DNA from: Nocardia sp.
GTDB taxonomy: Bacteria > Actinomycetota > Actinomycetes > Mycobacteriales > Mycobacteriaceae
NCBI GenBank assembly: GCA_017354515.1
Contig: JAFMQT010000001.1
Location: 1 to 38,483, forward strand
Direction: 5' to 3'
DNA length: 38,483 nt
Below are positions 21,157-30,300 of the stretch, piece by piece; the first letter of the stretch is position 1; each line of letters begins with the position of its first letter. The notes beneath the pieces were generated by a model that did not search any database, was not told the origin of the DNA, and was given only the letters and a program-made list of their open reading frames with translations. The translations under genes were made by a program, and so were the position numbers.

Positions 21157-22397
21157 CGGCTGTCCTGTCTGTACAAAGTTGCCAACGCATCGTCCAAGGG
21201 CCGTGCCTCGATCGTCTGCGTCGGCAGGCCGGCACGGAACAGGCGCGCGCCCCGGGTGATTCGCTCGCTTCGCATCGTCAGGCCGACCCGCAACGCATCG
21301 GCTGCCAGCGTGCAGCCTGCCTCGATATCGCCGCTGCGCGCCAATATGTGCGCGTGCTCCACCTGTGCCAGTGCACGCGCTTTGTCCGCGCCGAGCGCGG
21401 GCCCGGCGACCGAGAATGCGGATCGCGCGGCGCGGTGGTCGCCGAGCCGACCGAGCGCGCTGGCCTGATAGCGTGCGGCCTTGGGCCCGTCGAACACGAA
21501 CACCCAGGGCCATTGTGGTTCGCCTCGTTGACGGGCGGCGAGCCGCTCTGCCCGTGCGAGCGCAACCAGCGCGCTCTTGCGGTCACCGGTCGCGGCGTAT
21601 GCAACTGCCAGTAAAGACGACATCCACGCTCCCGCGCTGTCGGGTACATCGAGCCCGAGCTGCGACGATGCGGTCTGAAGTAGCGCCAGTCCGGCGCGTC
21701 CGTCGCCGGTTTCCACTGCGTAGTGTCCGAGACTCGCTGTCATGTACGCCACCAACAGCGGGTGATGCGTGCGCTCGGCATAATCGATGGCGTCGCTGTA
21801 CCGCCGCCGTGCGGTCGCGTCGTCGCCTCGATCAGCGGCAAGCCACGCGGCGAGCCCAGCCACTTCCGACAGGATGCGGTAGCCGTCGGCAGTCCGTAGG
21901 CGATCGTGCACGATGCCGAAGACCAGACTCAGATGCGATTCGACGGCGGGCCAGAGACGATCCGACGGCACCGACGATTCCATGCGGCGATAGTTCGCGG
22001 TGGGTCCGGCCATCGTGTCAAGTAACTCGGATTCGGTCGGTGCGGCATTCGTCAGCACCGCAGCACCCACGATGAGCGTGCTCTTCAGGAATTGCTTGCG
22101 GTCCACGTCCTCGTCATCCGTCGATGGCCGATGCTTGGTGAACCCCAGCTCGGCATCCGTCGCGACATTCAGAACCGCCCGTAATGCCGCTCGGTAATGC
22201 TTTCGCGGCCACGTTGTTTCTCCTCGCTCCCATTTGCCGACGTGCCGTTCATCAACGGCACCCCGCTTACCCGTCGCCCGGAACACATGGTCGTTGGCAG
22301 CGTTCGCCAGCTCTTGGCGGGTCATCGGATGCCCAGGCGATCCAGGTGATTCCACCCGCAATCGCGCCTCGCTTAGCAGATCGTTCCGTTCGGTCAC
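21153..22397 (-). CDS. XRE-family HTH regulator with C-terminal TPR-like helical domain
   Basis: MTRQELA...VGKWERGETTWP..YRAALRAVL (XRE HTH), VDRKQFL linker, AGLAAWLAADRG..ARRRY..A helical repeats. Confidence 0.85.
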   Translation of the reverse strand: MTERNDLLSEARLRVESPGSPGHPMTRQELANAANDHVFRATGKRGAVDERHVGKWERGETTWPRKHYRAALRAVLNVATDAELGFTKHRPSTDDEDVDRKQFLKSTLIVGAAVLTNAAPTESELLDTMAGPTANYRRMESSVPSDRLWPAVESHLSLVFGIVHDRLRTADGYRILSEVAGLAAWLAADRGDDATARRRYSDAIDYAERTHHPLLVAYMTASLGHYAVETGDGRAGLALLQTASSQLGLDVPDSAGAWMSSLLAVAYAATGDRKSALVALARAERLAARQRGEPQWPWVFVFDGPKAARYQASALGRLGDHRAARSAFSVAGPALGADKARALAQVEHAHILARSGDIEAGCTLAADALRVGLTMRSERITRGARLFRAGLPTQTIEARPLDDALATLYRQDSR

Positions 22398-22616
22398 GGG
22401 TTGTTGGCCTCTCTGCTGGACCTCTCCCGAGAATAGGTGTCAGACCGTTGCGGTGCTCCGAAATTCCCACTGGTTTCCCACAACGTTCCCCACAACATGC
22501 TGTCGAAATTCCACACGGATCACGCGAATGTTGGGTCAGCCCCGCCGCCGGGCCGACATCTTGCCCCTCGAAAGCTCCCCGGCGGCGGGTGCTCACCACA
22601 CGAAGGAGAGCGCACA

Positions 22617-23237
22617 ATGCGGACACAGCCGACCGCGCTGGGATGGATAGACCCCGATATCAGCACCGCATGGGACTGGGACTGCGCCCAGCTGCGGCGC
22701 TTCGCGCACCGATTGGGCTACCGGCTGGTGTGGCCGCCGATCTGCTCGCGCATCCCGCTGGTCGACCAGGTGCGAGCTTCCCAGGCCGATGTCGTGATCG
22801 CAAGGACGCCCAGCGATTTCGACGCGATCACCCTGCAATCGGTGATGTGCGTGGCCGATGTCGAAACCGTGCTGCCGCGGTTGTCGCTCGCGCGATGGGC
22901 CACCACCAGCCACCGCGTGCGGAATCCTAGAATCGAGTTCGAGCGCCGAACGCCCCATACCGCCCCAACGGGAGGCCGGGAACCGGAATGCAATGCCTTG
23001 CACGGGACGCCTTGGCGCGCAACCGAACTCGACCACCACCGCGATGGACACGAACAAACACCGGACCGCGATCGACCGATAATCGCCGAGCTCCACGCGA
23101 TTTCGTTCCCATACCCACCGAACATCCCGCTACCGTGCGACCTCGAGGGTAAGCGCGCCGAGGACGAGGCGCGGGCCAACCACGGCGATCGCGAGCGCGA
23201 CGCACGCCAGCGAGAGCGCGGTGGGCGGGAAAGGTAA
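22617..23237 (+). CDS. Hypothetical protein divergent from the XRE regulator (first ~100 aa look genuine; tail doubtful)
   Basis: GAAGGAG RBS, ATG at 22617. ALGW...LRRFAHRLGYRL...ADVVIA resembles a small Rossmannoid (resolvase-N-like) fold. Confidence 0.55.
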   Translation: MRTQPTALGWIDPDISTAWDWDCAQLRRFAHRLGYRLVWPPICSRIPLVDQVRASQADVVIARTPSDFDAITLQSVMCVADVETVLPRLSLARWATTSHRVRNPRIEFERRTPHTAPTGGREPECNALHGTPWRATELDHHRDGHEQTPDRDRPIIAELHAISFPYPPNIPLPCDLEGKRAEDEARANHGDRERDARQRERGGRER

Positions 23238-23358
23238 AAGAGGTCTGGAGCGGCCCGTTCCGGCCTTGACTTGCTGCCACGGTTGGAGAGCCCGACAAGG
23301 TGCGTGATCGTATGATCACTAAATTACAATTCGCCGTAGCAGGAGAGCGGGGGATGCG

Positions 23359-23919
23359 GTGCTCGAAGAGCGGGCTGACACAGGCGGCATTCCGCGGAAA
23401 GTGGCGCAGGCACCGCGTACATCGGCCGCCAGTGCCGGCGGTGGTTCGGCTCCAGCGTCGAGCGGCAGTCCTTCTCCAACGCTGAGTGGTGACTCTGCTT
23501 CCGGGTCGGCGGTGTATCTCGACTCGAACGCACTCATAAGTCCGACGGCAATTGTCGCCAAGGCGGCATCCACTTACCAGACAGCGTTCGCGTCTCTGGT
23601 CGCAGCCTCGATTCCCGGTGCCTTCGACCTGGGGGATTCCGATCTCCAATCCGCCTGGCGGTCATTTCATTCCGCGTGGACGTCGGAGATCAGCTCCGTT
23701 TGGAAGGCGCTGGACGAGTTGGCGGGGCTGGTACCCAAGTCGGTGCACGCGATGCAGAACGCGGACGCCACCGGGGGCCAGGCGGTGAACGAGGTTGCCG
23801 ACCCCCAGCTGGGTGCACTGATCCCATCGCACCGGGGAACCGCCGGAGCACCCAGCCCGGGTAAGGACAGCGCGCGGCGACCGCCCGGCACCGCACAAGG
23901 CCCGGTGCGCGCCAAGTGA
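23359..23919 (+). CDS. WXG100-like / type VII secretion-associated helical protein
   Basis: Helix-turn-helix core AASTYQTAF...LQSAWRSFHSAWTSEI...LDELAGLV...MQNAD. GTGA overlap with the next gene. Start uncertain. Confidence 0.5.
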   Translation: MLEERADTGGIPRKVAQAPRTSAASAGGGSAPASSGSPSPTLSGDSASGSAVYLDSNALISPTAIVAKAASTYQTAFASLVAASIPGAFDLGDSDLQSAWRSFHSAWTSEISSVWKALDELAGLVPKSVHAMQNADATGGQAVNEVADPQLGALIPSHRGTAGAPSPGKDSARRPPGTAQGPVRAK

Positions 23920-25562
23920 GTACTATAAAAGTGCTCCAGGAGGCGCGAGACCTCATCGATCAAACGCGCGGGTTCCCCGGGTTCCTATCACCTGCGATCG
24001 ATCTGGCGATGACGCCGCCGGCCCCGGCGGGGGTGCCCGCACAGATCGCCGGTTCACCACCCGGCACCGGGGGCATCGCCAAGATCTACGCCACGATCGC
24101 AAACGATTCATCCGAGGCCGCCCCCGACCTGACTGTGGTCGTCAACAGCAAATTACCAACGGCTTGGCGAGGCCGGGCCGCCGAGGGCATGTCGGATGCC
24201 GTCCGGGCTGTGGTGGCACAGGCGACGGCGGCGACGCTAGCGTTCGGCTCCGGCCACCTGGCACTGACCACCTGGGCGGAGAAGCTGGCTGATGCGCAGC
24301 GCCGAGACGAACGAGGGCGTGAGTTGTTGGCGCAAGCCCAGACCCAAGCCGGCGGATTCGGATCACCGGAGTCGTACGCGAGGTTTCCGGATCCGGACGA
24401 ATTGGTTCGGGCCAACCATGTGTGGAACCTGGCCGACGAGGGGTGCCAGGAACGGTTGACTGCGGCGAAGACCGTCGAAGGCGCGGTGTCCGATGCCGTC
24501 GACGTTCTGATACAGCTCGCCGCGAAAGCACGAGCGCGGCAGATCAATTCCCCGGGTATCGATCCGTTGAGTTCGGTAGTACTCGCGTATGCCTCGGACT
24601 ACGACTGGACCACCAATCCTACGGGCAGCATTCTGAGCCCCAACGGGCTCGCCCGCGCATCGCATTCCCTCAACAATATGTCGGCGGCCGATCGTGCGGC
24701 ATTCGAGAACTTGCTCGCCGATGCGAAGTCTCCACAGGAAGCCGCCTACCTCTGGAAGGCTCTGGGAGCGGGACACAACCTGTCCGACATACAGCAATTC
24801 GACCACGTCATTCACCCGCATGGCGACAATCTGAAATGGCTGTCCCGCCATCTGGATCCGGGGACCAACGATCCCGACGCTCTTGAAACGGGCAACGCCA
24901 GCCGGTACAGGCTGGAGTACGGCGGGCAGACAAATTACTTCGTGCCGAATCCCAAGAAGCCCGGCCACGGATCCTACTATGATTTCTATTACCAGCTCAC
25001 CGATGGTGACAAGAACTCCGGAGACTGCGTCGCGGCTTCCACCGTTATGGCACGGGCCGCCAACGATCCGGTGTACATGCTCGGCATGACCACAGGACAG
25101 GGACCGATGGCGGTCGGCGGAGCGGCGCCGGGCAACGACACCCCGCAAGCGGTCCATAAACGGTTGGAGCAGAACTACACCACCAACTACAAGCAGAACG
25201 GAAACCACCCGACCGCCAACGCCAACACCCTCGCGTGCGACGCCGGAGACGGTCACACCTGGTACGAGCACCGACTTCCTGGTGACAGCACCCCACGAAA
25301 ACCCTCCCCACTCGAACCGTCAGGACAATTCTGCTCCCTCCGATTCGATCACGCGATCCCGCACGGCCAGATAGAAATTCGTAACCAGACACAACTCGAC
25401 ACAGACACCGAGATCGACAAGGCGCAGTGTCGTGTCCGCGATCGGCCACCGGGCTTCTGGGTCGTGCCCTGGGTTGTCGAGGCGGGGTTGCCCGAAACGG
25501 TCCTGCAACGCCGCGAGAATTTCACCGAACGCCGCATGCACGTGCGGCTCCGCAGCACGTGA
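23916..25562 (+). CDS. WXG-motif (T7SS-type) effector with C39-like peptidase N-half, apparently truncated at ~25232
   Basis: AWRGRAA WxG motif in an Ala-rich helical N-terminus. YQ...GDCVAASTVMARA.NDPVYML is papain/C39-like. The last ~110 aa overlap an antisense gene. Confidence 0.6.
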   Translation: MSTIKVLQEARDLIDQTRGFPGFLSPAIDLAMTPPAPAGVPAQIAGSPPGTGGIAKIYATIANDSSEAAPDLTVVVNSKLPTAWRGRAAEGMSDAVRAVVAQATAATLAFGSGHLALTTWAEKLADAQRRDERGRELLAQAQTQAGGFGSPESYARFPDPDELVRANHVWNLADEGCQERLTAAKTVEGAVSDAVDVLIQLAAKARARQINSPGIDPLSSVVLAYASDYDWTTNPTGSILSPNGLARASHSLNNMSAADRAAFENLLADAKSPQEAAYLWKALGAGHNLSDIQQFDHVIHPHGDNLKWLSRHLDPGTNDPDALETGNASRYRLEYGGQTNYFVPNPKKPGHGSYYDFYYQLTDGDKNSGDCVAASTVMARAANDPVYMLGMTTGQGPMAVGGAAPGNDTPQAVHKRLEQNYTTNYKQNGNHPTANANTLACDAGDGHTWYEHRLPGDSTPRKPSPLEPSGQFCSLRFDHAIPHGQIEIRNQTQLDTDTEIDKAQCRVRDRPPGFWVVPWVVEAGLPETVLQRRENFTERRMHVRLRST

Positions 25563-25645
25563 TCGGCTGGTCACCGCCACCCGGATTATTTCGGCCTTTC
25601 CGTCACGGCCCAGGATTGTGCCGCTATCGGTACCGAAACCGACAT
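25320..25645 (-). pseudogene. DUF6301-like putative immunity protein, 5'-truncated
   Basis: VGFGTDSG.I.G.DG.A..I...VT...AAFGEILAALQDRFGQP....PG..PEARW...TL.L......L.LVTN resembles the Nocardia DUF6301 family. Begins abruptly at the inverted-repeat scar. Confidence 0.55.
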
Positions 25646-25690
25646 TGACCTGCCCCACCGGATGGGTTCAGTCGCGGTGGGGCAGGTCAA
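25645..25690. mobile_element. IS3-like terminal inverted-repeat remnant (mini-element)
   Basis: Perfect 16-bp IR TTGACCTGCCCCACCG (25645-25660) / CGGTGGGGCAGGTCAA (25675-25690) with a 14-bp spacer. TG...CA ends and TGACCTGCCCC are typical of IS3-family ends. Confidence 0.55.
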
Positions 25691-25884
25691 GATGTCACCC
25701 GATCCTGCAGCAGTCCTTCGCGGAGAAAGCCGCCGTTGCTAACGTAGCCATCTGCGAGACCTCCTGGTATAGGCTTTGCTTGTTGGCGCCTCCGTATTCC
25801 ATCGACGGAATGTCCGGTCATGCCGTGCCGCCCCGATCGCTGAGGCGCTGTACATGAGCGGGACCAGGATGAAAGCGACACTCG

Positions 25885-26181
25885 ATGAACGAATACACAC
25901 CGCAGCGGGTCGGGGTATACGAGCTGGTGGACGTCGACTACGTTCGGATGGCCGAATTCCAGCTGACCCCGCGAGACACCGTCGACCTTGTACTGCTGGA
26001 GCCCGGCTGTTGTCCACTCGCGCAGCGGTGGTACGCGGACGGTATTCGGATGCCCGGCAATATAGTTCGTGTTACGCCCGATGATGGCACCGCATTCATG
26101 CACGCACTACTACTGCAGCGTCCGATGAGCTACTGCCGGGTGGTCGACGAGAGCACAGCCGTACTACCACAATCGCAATGA
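25885..26181 (+). CDS. Small hypothetical protein, candidate immunity/antitoxin
   Basis: 98-aa globular-looking ORF ending 16 nt before the kinase gene start. Confidence 0.55.
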   Translation: MNEYTPQRVGVYELVDVDYVRMAEFQLTPRDTVDLVLLEPGCCPLAQRWYADGIRMPGNIVRVTPDDGTAFMHALLLQRPMSYCRVVDESTAVLPQSQ

Positions 26182-26197
26182 ACGGGCTCGCGACACC

Positions 26198-27211
26198 GTG
26201 AGTGAGTTCGGCGGCGAGGAAGCCGTGTCCCGGGCCCTCACCGAGGCCACTCGGCGACTCACCGGCGCCGCGGACGATATCGTAGAGCGCGAAACCCGGC
26301 TGTTGCGTAACGTCAGCAACGGATTGGAAGCAACCACTCGGAACCTGCGAGCGGCCGACCGCCGTTTTCCGCGGTTGGAAAGCATTATCGACCGGCAGCC
26401 ACGCGGCCCAGAGCGGGCGTTGCTGCCGCAGTTCGGTCGGAAATTTCCGGTCTACACACCGAGCGAGGCCGAACTCGAATTGAGCAGCCGTCGACTGGTG
26501 CGAGAAGATCCGATGTCCGAATGGCTCACTAGATCCGCAGCCGGGAATCGTACGGCGAATGGCGTTCACATCTGGCTCGACGACAAGGGACGAAAGAACA
26601 TCCTCAAACCGTTCGCAGAAGAGAATCACGGACACTACGACTGGCTTCCCCATCAACCCGGGGCATTGGCGAAGAGAGAAGTCGGAGGATATCGAGTGAT
26701 CAATATGTTCTCCCCGGGTAGGCCGCTGGTACCGACGACGGCAATAATGGAAGACAGCCCACTCGGTCCTACGATGATCCAGGAATTCGCCTCACTCAAG
26801 CCCAGTAAGGCCTGGAACAACTACCGGATGATCGACCAGCAGACGGCTGCGGCCGGTCACCATATCATCGGAAACTACGACGGACACGAAGGAAATTTCC
26901 GACCGAGAAATACCGGTAATCCGCGACAAAATCGGAATGACGATATGGTCCTGTTCGATCACGGTTACTCATTTCCTGAATCGCCCGACCGTAGCAGAGG
27001 AACCGATGGATTCGAATACACTGATTCCATTCTGGTCAGGAAATATTACCGGCATCCCGACTTTGATCCGGCTGTCGTTCAGAATGTCGCGGCGGTCCGC
27101 CCGGAGCGAATCGGCAGTGCCATCCAAGATCTGGTGAGCGAGGATTCCGTCCTGCACACACTGAACCGCCACCGAGACTTCATCGAGTACGGGACGATCC
27201 AGTTCATATGA
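26198..27211 (+). CDS. HipA/PI3-PI4-kinase-like protein with N-terminal helical (ESX-substrate-like) segment
   Basis: ILKP (ATP Lys), REV (alphaC Glu), VPTT, MIQEF hinge, IGNYDGHEGN catalytic loop, LFDHGYSFP (DFG equivalent). Confidence 0.75.
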   Translation: MSEFGGEEAVSRALTEATRRLTGAADDIVERETRLLRNVSNGLEATTRNLRAADRRFPRLESIIDRQPRGPERALLPQFGRKFPVYTPSEAELELSSRRLVREDPMSEWLTRSAAGNRTANGVHIWLDDKGRKNILKPFAEENHGHYDWLPHQPGALAKREVGGYRVINMFSPGRPLVPTTAIMEDSPLGPTMIQEFASLKPSKAWNNYRMIDQQTAAAGHHIIGNYDGHEGNFRPRNTGNPRQNRNDDMVLFDHGYSFPESPDRSRGTDGFEYTDSILVRKYYRHPDFDPAVVQNVAAVRPERIGSAIQDLVSEDSVLHTLNRHRDFIEYGTIQFI

Positions 27212-27318
27212 CACGATGTGGAATTCGCGTGTGCCGGTCGGCTCCGGATGTTCAGCCAGCGGCGACGGTCAGCAAGGCTTCGATCCCTTTTTGGTGCGGG
27301 TCGCGGCAGGGAAATGAA

Positions 27319-30300
27319 CTAATCAAACATGGGCAGACGTAAGGAAGACCATTCTGCGGTTGTTGTCTCGATATGCGAGTTGGGTGGCGTCTCGGGAATA
27401 TCGAATCTCAGCAGGTGTTGCCGGTCGGTAAGCCAGGCGTATACGGCAGGTTTTATCTGCATGGCGTCGAAATGACCTGCCCCGTCCGTAACCACATACG
27501 ACCAGCACGGTGCGTTCACGATTTCTCGGTGCCACAGATTGGCAATATTGTCCGGGTTGAACTTGTCGCCTACCGTATTCCAAAGCAGGGTTGGACGATG
27601 AATGTCACCAACGTTGAAACCCCAGCGAGAACCACTGCGGCGGCCATCGAGAATCCAGCCTATAGCGCTATCGTGGCCGTCTGATCTGGGTTGCGTAGCG
27701 GACACAAATGTCTCACGCAACATCTCATGGTTCTCCGCGAGAATTTCGAGATCATTTTGGGAGTATTCGATACCACCATGGATTATATTGAAGTTGTCAG
27801 GGTCGTCACGGTATGCCTTGACAACTGAAGGGAGGTTTGATCGGTGCGAACCATGCAGAAATTCATTCTTTACCACACCCCTGAGTCTGCCTCTCAATTC
27901 AGGCCCTGGACCGGCGACTAGCAACGCACCCTTGGTGATTGGACTGTCTGGATCGGCCATTGCTGCTGCCAGGTATTGCCCCCCGCCGGATCGACCGACA
28001 CCCGCAGCTTCGGAAACTTCACGATTCCGGAGTATAGCTTTGATCCATTCTGCGCCATCAGCAGTCCTCGCCTGCCATATCGGTGTCCCACCGTAGCCGG
28101 GACGACTCCATGTTATTAGCCGGATACCCTTGCGTGGGTCATCGTCGTCCCCCAATTCCCACAATAACCTTGAATCTGCGGTCTCGGTGTGACTGCCAGG
28201 CCGTCCATGGGCTTGGATGACCACTCTCCCGGTTTTCGGGCCGTGCTCGCGGCATTGCAGCCACCGACCATTTCCGAGATCGACACGGAAGTCCTCCGGG
28301 GGAGGGAATTCACCGAATTTGCCGCCGAGAGTGATTCCCGCGCCAAAACCGGAATTGGAACCGGTCAATGGCTTTGGGGCAGTACCACTATCGATACTCC
28401 GGTCCAACGAATCGCCACGCTGCCCCGCATCCACGTTATTACCCTGTCCATCGCGCCCGCCCGCGTCCCGCGCACCTCCTCCTCCATCATTTCGCTTACC
28501 CAGCGACGGGGGGGCCGAGTCGACAACCTCAGAGGTTTGCGGTCCGCTCGATTCCGCTGCGGTTGTCTCCGAGCTCCAAGGAGTCTTCCACTGACGGCGC
28601 CCCGCACCCGCGGCAGTCGGCCCGGCCGCGCCACCGTCACGTTCGTCGAAATCAGGAACGAACGGTGGAGCATCGATCGCTCCCGAACCGTCGAACGATA
28701 TTGTCAGCCTTACTTGGTCTTCTTCCATATCGTCGAACAACGGCTCACTGGCATGCTGGCCACGCAATGCGGCCGAGACCGTTGGGGCGATTGCGGCTTG
28801 TTTGGACCAGCCCTCGTAGTGGAGAATTGCTTGACCGCGGCGCCCACGTCCAGGCTCGTCGATCAAAGACGGATTCACGGTCACGTGCTGGACGCGATGA
28901 CGGAACAGCACCGTCACTACCTGACGCAACGCGAAAGCCATGGCATCGACTCGGGCTCTTTCCAGGCCGATTCCCCAGACTCGCCCCGCCGTCTCGATGA
29001 GTTCGGTCAGCGTCTCAGGATCATCCGAAGCGGCCTCCGCCCATAGCAAGTGCCGAGGAGTGTGCGCCGGACGAGGAGGCGCCGCATGCGGCTGGGCGAG
29101 TGCGACCGCCACGCCAGGGGCAACGCGTTGTCCCTCAGGCGTGTTCTGGATCTGTTCGACGGCCATCTGAGCCAAATCCCGCAGGTCAGCAGCCACATCT
29201 GCGGCTGCGTCGATACCGGCCGCCGACTGTGCCGAACCATCCGTGCACGCGACAACCATGCGTCGGCCTCTGGACTCCGCCCCGACCGTAGCCCCAAAAT
29301 TGAACAATCGCCGGACCCTCGCATCGTGGAGCGGAACCTGTTCCGGGCCACTGAGTATCTTGGCACCCTCGCCTCCCCCCGCGCTGAACAACGCGCCACG
29401 ACCAGCCGTGGTGTAAACAATCTGGACCGGCGTCACCACAGCAACACACAAGTTCCACCCGGTGGGGTCGGTCAGGTTACTGCGGAACTCAGCTAGAGCG
29501 TTCTCGATCGCCGCGACAGGATCACGATCGGCCAACAGCGCGGACTCGACCCGGTCGTGCACGCGAGTGATGCTCCATCCGTCAGCATCTTCGATGCCGT
29601 CGTTACTGTTGGCCACCACCAGTACGCTGGCGGACTGCTCGAAATGTCGCACGACCGAGGTATGAGTCACCGGTTCGTCGGCGGCATAGCGCCCGACCCA
29701 CAGCGATTCGGGATATGCCCCCACTCCGGGACCTTCAGCCTGCACAGGCTCACGACCAGATCCGAGCACTAGCTCCCCATGGAACACTATCCACTGGGAC
29801 ATCAGGTATTCGCCGAAACGAAGGTCGCCGCTGGTGTACTCCAGAATCTCACGCAGACGGGGGAATTGCTGTACCGGGCCGGCGAATCGAGCGCGCAGGT
29901 CGGCGAGCCATGTCTGTTCTCGATCCGAGAGATAAAGTAGACGGTTCAGCCTGTCCACGGCTTGATCGAATCCCCACAGTGACTCAGCGAGATAACGCGG
30001 GTCCATGTTCAGCTCGAATCCGGCCCGCACCAGTGTCGCGGCAGCCACTGATTCGTCCGGATCCTCAGGGTCGGCTGCCACGAATACCGACGCCACCCCT
30101 GACCGCGAGTACCACCGCCGCATAACAGGCTCGAAGTCTCGCTGAAATTCGGCCGATGCGGCCGCACCGGTATCGAACTCCCACACGCGGATTCGCCCAA
30201 CCGAGTCCACGAAAGCGAACCTTGTCAGGCCGCCCACGACCGTGCCCGCCGGATCCACAACTTCAGCAGCAATGTAGACCCCCTCATTCGGGTCATACCG

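Noticed and set aside
21157-21513. N-terminal extension of the SLOG ORF
   Set aside because: Overlaps the XRE gene out of frame; the ATGA coupling at 21153-21156 gives the natural start.
25233-25562. C-terminal 'toxin domain' of the 548-aa WXG protein
   Set aside because: Mostly the antisense reading of the DUF6301-like remnant; likely read-through after truncation.
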